Source: Terriglobia bacterium
GTDB taxonomy: Bacteria; Acidobacteriota; Terriglobia; 2-12-FULL-54-10
NCBI GenBank assembly: GCA_963666975.2
Contig: CAXVYR010000003.1
Span: forward strand, 800,001 to 864,000
Reading direction: 5' to 3'
DNA length: 64,000 nucleotides
Shown: positions 19,960 through 32,262 of the stretch, one piece after another
Position numbering within the stretch: the first letter of the stretch is position 1
How the letters are laid out: the number at the start of each line of letters is the position of its first letter
Made by a program: the position numbers and the translations under genes
The notes under the pieces: model-generated
Databases searched by the model: none
Told to the model about the DNA's origin: nothing
The model's input: only the letters and a program-made list of their open reading frames with translations

Positions 19960-19989
19960 TTGACAAGAGTTTGAGGGCAGGAATAAACT
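19960..19989 (+). promoter_or_regulatory. Sigma70-like promoter upstream of gap
   Basis: TTGACA-N18-TAAACT after an AT-rich tract. Confidence 0.55.
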
Positions 19990-20042
19990 CAGTTCACGGT
20001 TTTGACGGTTGCGCATTTGTCGAAACTGTTTACCCTTTCGTC

Positions 20043-20072
20043 AATGCCCACCCTTTGGGTGGGCATTTTTTT
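20043..20072 (+). terminator. Rho-independent terminator-like hairpin in the gap leader
   Basis: AATGCCCACCC-TTT-GGGTGGGCATT followed by a T run. Confidence 0.75.
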
Positions 20073-20151
20073 GTATAGTTTTTTTGGGACCGCCCAGGCT
20101 CACCGATATTTTTTTATCCAACCCCGCAATACTGGAAAGGAGAAAGAATTC

Positions 20152-21162
20152 ATGAAAATTAAAGTAGGCATCAACGGTTTTGGAAGAATTGGGCGCAATA
20201 TTTTCCGTGCTTCTTTGGGTAATTCCGAGATCGAATTCGTCGCCGCCAACGACATCACCGACCCGTACACGCTCGCTCATTTATTGAAATATGATTCAAT
20301 TCTGGGCAACTTGAAAAACTCCGTGACCTCCGGGAAGGATTCCTTGTCGGTGGATGGCAAGAGCATGAAGGTTTTTGCCGAGCGGGACCCCGGCAAGATT
20401 GATTGGGATTCGGTGGGAGCTCAGGTGGTAGTCGAATCGACCGGCTTGTTTACCAACGCGCCGGACGCCGCCAAACACCTGCGGGGAGGGGTGAAGAAGG
20501 TCATCATCTCGGCTCCCGCCAAGGGCGAGGACGTCACCCTTGTTTTGGGCGTCAACGACAATGCCTATGACCCGGCGAAGCACCGCGTCATATCGAACGC
20601 CTCCTGCACCACCAATTGTCTGGCCCCGGTGGCCAAGATCCTCAACGACCAGTTCACAATCCGAAGCGGCTCCATGACCACGATCCATTCCTACACGAAT
20701 GATCAGAAGCTGCTCGATCTGCCTCACAAGGACCTGCGCCGCGCACGCTCCGCCGCGCTTTCCATGATCCCCACCTCGACCGGCGCCGCCAAGGCGGTTT
20801 ATCTGGCCATTCCGGAGCTCAAGGGCAAGCTCGACGGTTTTGCCATGCGCGTGCCCACCCCCAACGTGTCGGTGGTGGATTTGGTCGTGTTCGTCGAGAA
20901 GGCCACTTCCGTAGAGCAAGTCAATGCAGCGCTGAAGGCAGCCTCCACAACAGGCCCCATGAAGGGTATCCTCGGCTATTCAGAAGAGGAACTGGTCTCG
21001 GCAGACTTTAAGGGCGACGAGCGCTCCTCGATAGTGGACGCCCCCCTGACGCGTGTCATCGCTGGGAACTGCGTGAAGGTGATCTCCTGGTACGACAACG
21101 AATGGGGTTACTCCTGCCGGGTTCGGGATCTGATTCAGTTCATGGTCGCGAAGGGATTGTAA
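20152..21162 (+). CDS. gap: Type I glyceraldehyde-3-phosphate dehydrogenase
   Basis: GINGFGRIGR, ASCTTNCL and WYDNEWGY motifs. Confidence 0.98.
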   Translation: MKIKVGINGFGRIGRNIFRASLGNSEIEFVAANDITDPYTLAHLLKYDSILGNLKNSVTSGKDSLSVDGKSMKVFAERDPGKIDWDSVGAQVVVESTGLFTNAPDAAKHLRGGVKKVIISAPAKGEDVTLVLGVNDNAYDPAKHRVISNASCTTNCLAPVAKILNDQFTIRSGSMTTIHSYTNDQKLLDLPHKDLRRARSAALSMIPTSTGAAKAVYLAIPELKGKLDGFAMRVPTPNVSVVDLVVFVEKATSVEQVNAALKAASTTGPMKGILGYSEEELVSADFKGDERSSIVDAPLTRVIAGNCVKVISWYDNEWGYSCRVRDLIQFMVAKGL

Positions 21163-21243
21163 ATAGCGCCTTCGAGCTTTGAACTTCGAAGTTTGCCAGT
21201 GCCGCGCCGTCCACGGCCTTAACGCCGAGGGCAAACGATCCCT

Positions 21244-22437
21244 ATGCCAAAACTCTCCATTCGCGACCTGACCCTGGAAGGCAAGCGCGCCTTTGTTCGT
21301 GTAGACTTCAATGTCCCCTTATCGGAATCAGGCGCGATCACCGACGACACCCGTATTCGCCAGACACTTCCTACGCTGGAGTACGCCCTGGAACGTGGGG
21401 CGCGCTTGATTCTGGCCTCGCATTTAGGGCGACCCAAGGGCAAACCCAATCCCAAGATGAGCATGGCTCCCGTGGCGGAGCATCTGAGTTCCCTGCTCCG
21501 CCGCCCGGTCGCCTTCGCCGCCGACTGCGTGGGTCCGGAGGCCGAACGTTGCGCGGCCAGCCTCGGCAACGGCGAGCTGCTGTTGCTTGAAAACCTTCGC
21601 TTCCATCCCGACGAGGAAGCCAACGATCCGGAATTTTCCCGGCAGTTGGGGCAGATGGCCGCCTGCTATGTGAACGACGCCTTTGGCTCGGCTCACCGCG
21701 CGCACGCTTCCACCGCCGGCATCACCGAGTTCGTTCCCGCCTCCGCCGCTGGTTTGTTGATGGAAAAGGAGCTGGAGTATCTCACCAAGGCCACCTCCAG
21801 CCCGGAGCGGCCCTACGTGGCCCTGCTCGGCGGGGCTAAAGTATCGGACAAGATCGCCGTCATTCGGAATCTGCTTCCTCTGGTGGACGCCCTGCTGATC
21901 GGCGGCGCTATGGCCTACACGTTTCTGCGCGCACGGGGGGATCAGACGGGAAAGTCATTGGTGGAGGAGGACAAGCTCGACCTTGCGAAGAGTCTGCTGG
22001 CCGAGGTGGAGCAGAAAAAATACCGCTTGCAGTTGCCTGTGGATCACATAATCGCACAGAAACTGGACGCGGCAGCCGAGACGCGCACGGTCGATGGCAG
22101 CGCCACGCCCATCCCGTCCGACTGCATGGGGCTCGACATTGGGCCGGAGACGGTGAAGCTCTACGCCGCCCAGATCGCCCAGGCCAAAACTGTCGTCTGG
22201 AACGGGCCGATGGGGGTGTTTGAACTGGAGCCCTTTGCACAGGGGACATTGAGTATGGCGAAAGCTCTGGCGGCTCTGAATGGAACCAGCATCGTCGGCG
22301 GCGGGGACTCGATAGCCGCCGTCGCCCAAGCAGGGGTCGCCGAGCGCATCACGCATATCTCAACCGGCGGCGGGGCGTCGCTGGAATTCCTGGCGGGCAA
22401 AAAACTTCCCGGTGTCGAGGCGCTGACGGACAAGTAA
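21244..22437 (+). CDS. pgk: Phosphoglycerate kinase
   Basis: RVDFNVP, SHLGRP, NDAFG and STGGGASLE motifs. Confidence 0.98.
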   Translation: MPKLSIRDLTLEGKRAFVRVDFNVPLSESGAITDDTRIRQTLPTLEYALERGARLILASHLGRPKGKPNPKMSMAPVAEHLSSLLRRPVAFAADCVGPEAERCAASLGNGELLLLENLRFHPDEEANDPEFSRQLGQMAACYVNDAFGSAHRAHASTAGITEFVPASAAGLLMEKELEYLTKATSSPERPYVALLGGAKVSDKIAVIRNLLPLVDALLIGGAMAYTFLRARGDQTGKSLVEEDKLDLAKSLLAEVEQKKYRLQLPVDHIIAQKLDAAAETRTVDGSATPIPSDCMGLDIGPETVKLYAAQIAQAKTVVWNGPMGVFELEPFAQGTLSMAKALAALNGTSIVGGGDSIAAVAQAGVAERITHISTGGGASLEFLAGKKLPGVEALTDK

Positions 22438-22484
22438 ATAGAAACCTTGTCGTGTGCCGGATTAGAGAGCACCTCCACATTTCA

Positions 22485-22625
22485 TGTATAGTCAGAGCCG
22501 CGCGCGCAAGCAAGCGGACACCGAACGCCAAGTGAGCAACCAAAGCTTGGTTGACCGCTCCCTCACGATCGCGGCTCGGATAGATTCACCAACAACCCAC
22601 TCTGCACCAACCCTGAAACTGTTTA
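22485..22625. repeat. Dispersed composite REP-like element (copy A)
   Basis: TGTATAGTCAGAGCCGCGCGCG...AAAGCTTGGTTGACCGCTCCCTC.CG.TCGCGGCTCGGAT...TCACCAACAAC shared with 35716-35880. Confidence 0.8.
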
Positions 22626-22859
22626 GGCGGCGGGATTCAGCAGGCTGCAAAGAATTCCCCAAATTAGTTACAAAGCAGAAAAACTTTCTCCTTTTCGCTC
22701 AGCCTGTCAAGCTCTGCTCAATAAACCAACTTTGTTTGCAGCAAGTTGCGAATGCTAAATTCTATTTGTTCTGGAAATGCAATTGCTTATGAAATACCAG
22801 TTCCTATAAAGTAGCTGTCCATAAATGAGCAAGAATACTTAAAAGGTCAAGGAGGCGAA

Positions 22860-25488
22860 ATGCACCCCCAGAGTATTTCCCATAAAAAGTCCGGCCTACT
22901 AGCTTCTCTGATTTTACTGGGTCTGGCAGCTTTGGTCTTGGTAGGCTTCGGCCCTGTCCTTCCCCAGGACGAGGCGGTGGGAGCGACTGGCAAACAGCAG
23001 GTCTTGGAGTCCTACGGGAAACTGCCGCTCTATTTCATTGAGAACCAGGGGCAGCTCGACTCCCGCGTCGGCTACTATATCCAGGGTGGCGACAAGAGCA
23101 TCTACTTTACCGGCAGCGGTGTGACGTTTGCGCTGACGGCTCCCGCAGAGGAAGAGGATGAGGGAACCCCGGAAATCAGGCCCGCATCGTTCGATCGCGG
23201 AGGGCTTGGCAATGAGTCTCCGGTGGCCCGGCAACGATGGGTGGTCAAGCTGGACTTCGTCGATGCCAACCCGAATACGCAGCCTGTGGGGCAGGAGCCG
23301 ACCGACGCCGTCATCAGCTATTTTAAGGGGCCGCGGGAGGAGTGGACTACCGGACTGCCGACCTACGCGAGCCTGGTTTATCGCGATCTGTGGCCTGGCA
23401 TTGACCTGGTATACACCGGCACCGGCAGCCGCCTGAAATACACCTTCGTAGTCCAGCCCGGGACTGACCCCAACCAGATCAAGCTGGCCTACCGTGGCGC
23501 GTCGGCGGTTCGGATCAATGAAGCAGGGCAACTTGAGGTTTCCACGCCGGGCGAAAGTTTCCAGGAGGACAAGCCATACGCCTATCAGGAGGTGGAAGGC
23601 CAGGACTTGGACTTGAAGGTGGAGGTGGCGGCGGCCTACAGCCTGGAGGGCGAGGCTTCCGAGAGAGTGCAATTCGGCTTCAGCGTGGGCGACTACGACC
23701 CGCAGAAGGTGCTGGTGATCGACCCCATCATCCTGCTCTACGCTGGCTACATAGGTGGCTCAGGCTTCGATAATGGTCGGGGCATTGCTGTGGACTCCAC
23801 GGGCAACGCCTACGTTGTCGGCGACACCACCTCCACCGAGGCCACCTTTCCGGTGACGCTGGGACCCGACCTGACCTGGAATAGCGATTGGGACGTTTTC
23901 GTGGCCAAGGTGAACTCCTCGGGCACTGCCCTCCTCTACGCCGGCTTCATCGGCGGCTCAAGCATCGATGTCGGTCTTGGCATTGCCGTGGACTCCACGG
24001 GCAACGCCTACGTTACCGGCAATACCACCTCCACCGAGGCCACCTTTCCGGTGGCCTTTCCGGTAACGGGGGGACCCGACCTGACACACAATGGTGGCTT
24101 CGACGCTTTCTTGGCCAAGGTGAACCCCATGGGCACAGCCCTCGTCTACGCCGGCTACATCGGCGGCTCGGGCAGCGATTTTGGTAGGGGCATTGCCGTG
24201 GACTCCACGGGCGCCGCCTACGTTGCTGGCTGGACCGACTCCACCGAGGCCACCTTTCCAGTGGCGGCGGGGCCCTACCTGACCTTCAATGGCGTCGAGG
24301 ACGCCTTCGTGGCCAAGGTGAACCCCTCAGGCACTGCTCTCGACTACGCCGGCTACATCGGCGGCTCGGGCGGCGATAACGGTTGGGGCATTGCTGTGGA
24401 CTCCACTGGCTACGCCTACGTTACCGGCCAGACCAATTCCGACGAGGCCACCTTTCCGGTGACAGTAGGACCCGACCTGACTTTCAATGGCAGCACCGAC
24501 GCCTTCGTAGCCAAGGTAAATCCTTCGGGGACTGCCCTTGACTACGCCGGCTTCATCGGTGGCTCAGGCAGCGGTGCCGGTCATGGCATTGCCGTGAACT
24601 CCACGGGCTACGCCTACGTTACCGGCTGGACCAATTCCGACGAGGCCACCTTTCCGGTGAAGTTGGGACCCGACCTGTCCTACAACGGTGGCTTCCCCGT
24701 CGGTGATGCCTTCGTGGCTAAGGTGAACCCCGCTGGCACTGCGCTGGACTACGCTGGCTACATCGGCGGCTCAGACGACGATCAAGGTTGGGGCATTGCC
24801 GTTGACTCCACGGGCAACGCCTACGTTGTCGGCGACACCCGCTCCACCGAGGCCACCTTTCCGGTGACGCTGGGACCCGACCTGACCTTCAATGGCGGCA
24901 ACTTCTCGGGACGCCTTCGTGGCCAAGGTGAACCCCTCGGGCACTGCCCTGGACTACGCCGGCTACATCGGCGGCTCAAACCAGGATAGCGGTTCGGGCA
25001 TTGCTGTGGACTCCACGGGCAACGCCTACGTTGCTGGCTGGACCTCCTCCACCGAGGCCACCTTTCCGGTGACGCTGGGACCCGACCTGACCTTCAATGG
25101 CGGCAGGGACGCCTTCGTGGCCAAGATCACTGACGTCCCACTGCTCGTGGAGATCGACATCGACATCAAGCCGGGTAGCGATCCCAACAGCATCAACAGC
25201 CGTAGCCGGGGAAAAATTCCGGTGACTATTCTCTCCAGCGCCACATTCGACGCCATGAGCCTCGATACGACCTCGCTCACTTTCGGCAGGACGGGAGACG
25301 AAGACAGCCTGGCCTTTTGCAATGGCGGGCCGGGGAACGTAAACTCGGACAAACTGCGCGATCTGATGTGCTTTTTCAATACGGAAGACACAGGGTTTCA
25401 GTCGGGCGATACGGAGGGCGTGCTGAAGGGCATGACGCTTACCGGCACACTGATTATCGGGACCGATTCGGTTCGCATCGTGCCTTAG
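22860..25488 (+). pseudogene. SBBP beta-propeller repeat surface protein, frameshifted near 24900
   Basis: FIENQGQ and IDP.LLY motifs; seven ~66-aa YAGYIGGS..D...GIAVDSTG.AYV repeats; the last repeat and the IDIKPG C-terminal domain continue in another frame (24892..25488). Confidence 0.85.
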
Positions 25489-25597
25489 AGCCTTTCACCA
25501 ATTGGTGTAGTCTGGCTAATCTTTGGTATCCACGGCGAATTGTTTTTTCGCCGTGGGCTTTTCATTCCCCGCAACGACCCACGACGAGGAAAGCGCT

Positions 25598-25621
25598 CCC
25601 TTCGGCAAGCTTAGGGCAGGC
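25598..25621. repeat. REP-like repeat CCCTTCGGCAAGCTTAGGGCAGGC
   Basis: Reverse-complement relative GCCTGCCCTGAGCGAAGCCGAGGG at ~35746-35769. Confidence 0.55.
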
Positions 25622-25666
25622 TGTCGTGGCTACCACTGCCCGATATACACCAAGGAGAGAAATGCG

Positions 25667-26290
25667 CTAGGATTCCTGCTCCCAGCCTGCCAGAATCTTT
25701 TCGGCCAGGTTCTCTCCCGACTCGGACCATAGCAGCTTCTTCGCAACCGGCAGCTTCCGTTCCAGCCTGTGCACAAAGCCCACAAGCTGCTGGATGTTTT
25801 CTTGCGTCCGGCGTTGTATCATCTCCAACTCCGGAGTGGTCCGTGCCTGCGCCAACTCGTTCGGGTCCGGGATGAAGGCATAGTCCAGTCCGAAGTTGAC
25901 CTGAAGGTCGCAGCGTCCCTCCTCGCCTTCATCCTCGAACTCCCGCCCAAAGCAAGTCAGCGAAACAGGAGCAGGAACCTGACGCCTTTTGCCCGGCTCC
26001 TCCGGCGAGGCTTGCAGCCAGAGGTCCCAATTCATCTCCACCTCGTAGGCACAGTCAGCGTGGAGCCACTCCGCGGCCAGGCCGGCCACATGGCCCACGT
26101 CGGCCCCCTCCAAGAAGCTTTGCTGCAAAACCGGCGTCTCGCTCCAGCGGATGGGATAAATAGCAAGCGACCGGACGCCGGGCAAAGTAGCCGAGACCGG
26201 AAACTCCGCGAGCGCGCTCCCCCAATGCTGGAGCATGTTGCTCTCGCTGAAGTTATTTAACCAGAGATTCAAATATACAAGGTCAGCCAT
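25667..26290 (-). CDS. Hypothetical protein
   Basis: 207-aa ORF with host-like codons. Confidence 0.7.
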   Translation of the reverse strand: MADLVYLNLWLNNFSESNMLQHWGSALAEFPVSATLPGVRSLAIYPIRWSETPVLQQSFLEGADVGHVAGLAAEWLHADCAYEVEMNWDLWLQASPEEPGKRRQVPAPVSLTCFGREFEDEGEEGRCDLQVNFGLDYAFIPDPNELAQARTTPELEMIQRRTQENIQQLVGFVHRLERKLPVAKKLLWSESGENLAEKILAGWEQES

Positions 26291-26437
26291 GGAGGACCAT
26301 TATGGAAGGGCGGGGAAAGGAAGGCAATGCTTAGTCCCGAAACAGCGGTGTCTTTCCTGCGAATCCAACTTTAAGAATCAGATTAACAATCTACTTTACT
26401 TTATTGATTCTTTGAATGTTGCGTACCATGTGAAATC

Positions 26438-27994
26438 TTATTCAAAACTCCGCAGATCGCTCCCGGTCATCTCCGGCGGCTGGGGAATGCCGTAGATGCC
26501 GAGCAGGGTAGGCGAGATGTCGCGCAGCGAGCCTCCCGCACGCAAGCGGACACCTGGGCTGTCGGGAACGACCAGAAGGAAAGGCACAGGGTTGGTGGTG
26601 TGGTAGGTATGAGGACCACCGCTGACGGGGTCCGTCATCAGCTCCGCGTTGCCGTGGTCGGCTGTAACGATCATGCCGCCGCCGACGCGCCGCAGCGCCG
26701 CGTAGATGCGCCCTAATCCGGCGTCCACCGCTTCCACGGCGCGGACTGCCGGCTCCAGCTTCCCGGAGTGGCCCACCATATCGGCGTTGGCGAAATTGAT
26801 CACTAGAAAGTCGAACGCCTTGTCCTCAATCGCCTTGACGACAGCGTCGGCGATCCCGCTGGCGCTCATCTCCGGTTTCAGGTCATAGGTGGCGACTTTG
26901 GGAGAGGGCACTAGGACGCGGTCCTCTCCAGGGAAGACCTTTTCGATACCGCCGTTGAAAAAGTAGGTGACGTGGGCATACTTTTCCGTCTCGGCCACCC
27001 GCAGGTTGCGCAGTTTGCGCTCGGCCAGGATGTTGGCCAGGATGTGCTCGGGCATCTCCGGACCCAGCACATGGGGAAAGGTGAAGCTCTTTTCGTACTG
27101 GGACATGGCCACAAAGTGGAGGCGCTGGGGCATCCGCGCGCGCGAAGGCTCCGTAAGGGTGGGATCGGTCAGCGCGCGGGAAATTTGCCGCGCACGGTCG
27201 GCCCGGAAGTTGAAAAAGATCACGGCATCTTCGTCGCGTATCACCCCAACCGGCTCTCCCTGCTTGCCGGTAATGACAACCGGCGCCACAAATTCATCGG
27301 TCACGCCCTGCTCGTATGAGCTCTTGACAGCCGCAATGGGGTCCTGCGCCTTCACCCCTTCGCCATTCACCCCTTTGCCTAGAACCATGGCCGCGTATGC
27401 CTTTGCCGTGCGCTCCCATCGCTTGTCGCGGTCCATGGCATAGTACCGGCCGCTGACGCTGGCGACCGCCCCCACGCCAATGGAACGCATCTGTTGCTGC
27501 AACTGCTCCAGGTACTCCCGGCCGCTGGTGGGGGGCGTATCCCGTCCGTCGAGAAACGCATGCACAAACACATGCTCCACATGGCTCTGCCTCGCCATCC
27601 GCAGCAGCGCATAGAGGTGCTCCTGGTGGGAGTGGACTCCGCCATCGCTGACCAAGCCAAGCAGATGGAGCCGGCGGCTTCGCGCATGCTCCATGGCGCG
27701 GGTCAAAACGGGGTTGCGGAAGAACTCGCCCGACTGAATCATGCGGTCGATGCGGGTGATGTCCATTTGAATGATCCGGCCGCTGCCGATGTTGAGGTGA
27801 CCCACCTCGCTGTTGCCCATCTGACCGTCCGGCAGACCTACGGCAGGGCCGGAGGTGTGGATCAAGGTATTGGGGAAGCTGCGGGTCAGTTCATCCCAGG
27901 CAGGCTTTCGGGCCAGCGCGATGGCGTTGTTCTCAGGCGAGGGGTTGTGGCCCCATCCATCGAGGATAATTAAGAGGAGTGGTTTGGGAGGCAT
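26438..27994 (-). CDS. gpmI: 2,3-bisphosphoglycerate-independent phosphoglycerate mutase
   Basis: [32 protein letters not shown] and TADHGN motifs. Confidence 0.98.
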   Translation of the reverse strand: MPPKPLLLIILDGWGHNPSPENNAIALARKPAWDELTRSFPNTLIHTSGPAVGLPDGQMGNSEVGHLNIGSGRIIQMDITRIDRMIQSGEFFRNPVLTRAMEHARSRRLHLLGLVSDGGVHSHQEHLYALLRMARQSHVEHVFVHAFLDGRDTPPTSGREYLEQLQQQMRSIGVGAVASVSGRYYAMDRDKRWERTAKAYAAMVLGKGVNGEGVKAQDPIAAVKSSYEQGVTDEFVAPVVITGKQGEPVGVIRDEDAVIFFNFRADRARQISRALTDPTLTEPSRARMPQRLHFVAMSQYEKSFTFPHVLGPEMPEHILANILAERKLRNLRVAETEKYAHVTYFFNGGIEKVFPGEDRVLVPSPKVATYDLKPEMSASGIADAVVKAIEDKAFDFLVINFANADMVGHSGKLEPAVRAVEAVDAGLGRIYAALRRVGGGMIVTADHGNAELMTDPVSGGPHTYHTTNPVPFLLVVPDSPGVRLRAGGSLRDISPTLLGIYGIPQPPEMTGSDLRSFE

Positions 27995-28013
27995 GGATAC
28001 AGATTCAACTACG

Positions 28014-29017
28014 CTAATGGTTGCTGTTAGAGATCAGGTTGACTAATTCCTTGACAGATTTCTCCAAGAAGTTTTGGATCGGCAAGATGCGGCTTGCAAC
28101 GTTTACGCCCCAATAATCTTTAATGCAATTGCATATCTTTTGTGCGTTGCGATCAACAACTATGATCCTTTTATCGGATTGCTTGCGAAGGACATTCGTA
28201 TGGAGCATTGTCAGGAATGCGTCCTCGGGACGGAGCGAGCTGCCAATGAGTATGAGATTCTTGGCCTCAGCCGACGCTGCTACCGCGTCAAGCATCAGAT
28301 GGGATATTGCGACTGTTGGAAGCTTCACGTAACTTGGGGCAATCAGATAGATCTTCCCATTCGCCAAACCATAATGTTTGTTCTTCGCTGATCTTGGGAA
28401 GAATTGTTCAATTGTTCGTCAAAATAGAGTCCGACGTGTCGCGCGTTAGGTTTGTCACAATAGGCGGCGATTTGGAAGCTTGACGAGCCGTGGATTTTCA
28501 GCACCTTCACGGGGCTCTTCCGAAAACTACAGCTGCCAGACGGGAGGTCAATCGGGGACCCGTATCCCCCGTTTGGAGACCATTTTTCACGGAGGTCCAG
28601 CACACCCTCCAGGACGCAATCGTAGTTCAGGCTGATGGCCACGTCTCCCGGAGTGAAAGCCTCGTCGATGAGTTGAGTCAACCACGGCTTACTAGTCAAA
28701 AGGTTGTTCGAGACCCGAAACTGGCAGGGGGACGCAACCCCGAGTTTCCCGGAAATGCCGAAGAACCTACCGAGTTCGGCTTCGATACATTTTCTCAGTT
28801 CGGTTAGGTTCCCACTCTCCCCGGACCCAGCCTGTGCGATATCAACATCCAGCTTCGTCAACGCAATTTCGATATCCCCTGTCTTGTACTGTTTCTTCAG
28901 TTTTGGAGCAACGGAATTAGATGTCTCGCCCGCAAGTGCATCGAGAAGCTCACTGTTCAGCGGGGCTTCTGGAAATACCGCCTTTGTGAACCCGGCTCCT
29001 ATGATGAAGACATTCAC
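28014..29017 (-). pseudogene. SIR2-like (sirtuin-fold) protein, frameshifted by an 8-bp tandem duplication
   Basis: IIGAGF, SLNYD, LKIHGS and IGSSLR.ED motifs split across two ORFs; GAACAATT x2 (minus strand) at ~28402-28417. Confidence 0.8.
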
Positions 29018-29033
29018 GTCAGTCTGTCCTTAT

Positions 29034-29182
29034 GCCTAACATCTGCTGTTATAACCGTCACCGCTTCGCAAAAGCTAAAAAGATCACTTCTGAATCTTCA
29101 AAGGATTCAAATCGTTCTCCTGCCAACCAGTACCCGTGAAGCGTGAGACACGAAGCGCGTCGGCTGCGATGCAGGGCTATCC
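29034..29182 (-). other. Degenerate integron attC-like region
   Basis: Minus strand GTTAGGC core just upstream of the SIR2 RBS; TAGCCCTGCATCGCAGCCGACGCGC resembles an attC 5' arm. Confidence 0.35.
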
Positions 29183-29199
29183 GACCCTGATAAATATGA

Positions 29200-29490
29200 C
29201 TATACCCGCCAGATACGCCGTGCTCCGTGAATTAGGGCCAGCACAATAATCCTCTCCGGCGAGACTTTGTAAACCAGGCGGTAGGGCATGACCAGCAGCT
29301 CTCGAATTGTCTGATCTCCAAACTCCGACACGACTTGGCCCCTTTCAGCGAAGTCAGCAAGCGAAGCGGCGGCGTCTTTGACTTCTTGAACGAATGAAGC
29401 TGCATAGTGTTCCGAGTCCCGAGCAATGTAATCGGCAGCGGCCAATAAATCGTCCCAAGCGGGTTCGGTCCACACTACCTCTCGAGCCAT
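29200..29490 (-). CDS. Type II toxin, RelE/ParE family
   Basis: VVWTEPAWDDL...YIARDS, GQVV.E, IRELL..PYRLVY and LIHG.R motifs. Confidence 0.88.
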   Translation of the reverse strand: MAREVVWTEPAWDDLLAAADYIARDSEHYAASFVQEVKDAAASLADFAERGQVVSEFGDQTIRELLVMPYRLVYKVSPERIIVLALIHGARRIWRV

Positions 29491-29663
29491 CGCCCCATCC
29501 GCCTTTCAACTTCCTCCTGGGACAATAATCTGCCTTCGCGGGCCGCTTCCAGGCCCTTCCGAATCTTCTGGCGAACATAAATGTGGTACTGGATGTCTTC
29601 CAGAGAGGCCTCTTCGGGAAGTTGCGCAAGAAGCTCCCGAACCTCTTCCTTGGCTGTTTTCAT
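29475..29663 (-). CDS. Putative antitoxin of the RelE/ParE pair
   Basis: MKTAKEEV..LL..LPEEASLEDIQYHIYV...KGLE; overlaps the toxin start. Confidence 0.8.
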   Translation of the reverse strand: MKTAKEEVRELLAQLPEEASLEDIQYHIYVRQKIRKGLEAAREGRLLSQEEVERRMGRWLER

Positions 29664-29764
29664 TGGGGTTTCCTCCATGACCCTATTCTACTGCCAGCCG
29701 GCGACTGGGCCAACCAAAAGAAAACATACAACATACCGCAAAAAAATCCTTCCGCCGCTGCTGC

Positions 29765-29851
29765 CAGCTAATAACCAAACACGGTCGCACCTTCGCGGCA
29801 AGACCCAGATCAACCAACCATCCACACCTCGCCTCGGCGTGGATCACTCAT
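29765..29851 (-). pseudogene. PemK/MazF toxin remnant (frameshifted and truncated)
   Basis: Removing a 4-bp duplication (TGGT x2) gives MSDPRRGEVWMVDLGLAAKVRPCLVIS; ATG overlaps the end of the upstream small gene. Confidence 0.75.
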
Positions 29852-30035
29852 GGAGAGATTCTTCTTTGTCTAGTTGGAGAAACGCCTGCTCGGCGGCAAG
29901 GAGCAATGAATCGTCGGATAATTCCGGCAGATCAAGGCTGAGGGATCGCCGGATGATTTCGAGAGCCGCTTGTTGCTTCTCCTCATCAGGAAGAAGTTCA
30001 AATGATTTTACGAGTTGTTCGACAGACTTTGTCAT
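29844..30035 (-). CDS. Small acidic protein, probable antitoxin of the dead PemK
   Basis: 63 aa; translationally coupled to the PemK remnant. Confidence 0.65.
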   Translation of the reverse strand: MTKSVEQLVKSFELLPDEEKQQAALEIIRRSLSLDLPELSDDSLLLAAEQAFLQLDKEESLHE

Positions 30036-30130
30036 ACAATTGCTTTCTCTCTCCCATTATAGTGTGACTATGCGGGAAATTAAGTAAAAACCAGAAAGCA
30101 GACGCTTGGGAACCCTGCTTCTCACGCAGC

Positions 30131-31480
<1,350 letters not shown>

Positions 31481-31909
31481 TCAACAAAGTGCAGGTTAAC
31501 GCGAAAGTGGTAACTGGATTATTTTTCATCGAACTACGGCCCGAACGGGCAGCATACCAGGACTGGCTTCGGCAGCTTTCTCGGTCGCAGATAGGTGAGC
31601 AGATGGGGAAGAAGGTCATTCCGGTCGTTGGTCACCACCCAGAACTCTTCCCGGAGACCGATGAGCAAAAGCGGGAAAAGAAAAGCCTGCTCCGTCACGA
31701 ACCACCGGCGACTTTGACTTACACAGCTTGGGCTCACCCAACTTAGGTGTACTAAAAAATACGCGGCAGCTTTGACTCCCGGCAGAAGCCCTATAATTCG
31801 TCGCTTCGTCCTTCGTGGGGGGCCGGAATAAATAACTTGACTTTCATAGGCCCCTCTCTATTATAGCCGTAGCTGTTCTGAAACTACAAACAGTTGGGAG
31901 GTGTAGTGT

Positions 31910-32107
31910 GTGGCGGAAGTAAGGCTTCAAGATGGCGAGTCGCTTGAGAATGCCCTTCGCCGCTTCAAGCGGAAGGTCCAACAATCCGACATCATCAAGG
32001 AAGTCAAAAAACATTCGTATTATCTAAAACCGGGCGAGAAACGACGAGTCAAGGCAGCATTAGCGCGCAAGCGAAACCGCAAAAAGACCAGACGCGACTT
32101 CGACTAA
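31910..32107 (+). CDS. rpsU: 30S ribosomal protein S21
   Basis: ESLENALRRFKRKV...YYLKPG; GGAGG RBS. Confidence 0.95.
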   Translation: MAEVRLQDGESLENALRRFKRKVQQSDIIKEVKKHSYYLKPGEKRRVKAALARKRNRKKTRRDFD

Positions 32108-32262
32108 TCTCCGATGGTGCAGTTGGACGGAATACTCTTTGGCTCAGTTTGAGCGGGCCAAGGGGGAACCGTCAGATGGTTTTCCGAGGTCCTGATCCAG
32201 TTAGGCTGCTGGCGTTACCGGCACGTCGAAACTCTGGGAATTTCGGGGGGGGACTCAAATCC

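Noticed and set aside
23730-25130. Regularly spaced ~200-bp repeats as a CRISPR array or DGR template/variable repeats
   Set aside because: They are in-frame protein repeats; there are no unique spacers, cas genes or reverse transcriptase, and I saw no adenine-specific mismatch pattern
31534-31737. Small ORF upstream of eno
   Set aside because: No recognisable motif or clear RBS; cannot be supported
31772-31797. TTGACT...TATAAT promoter
   Set aside because: The spacer is only 14 bp
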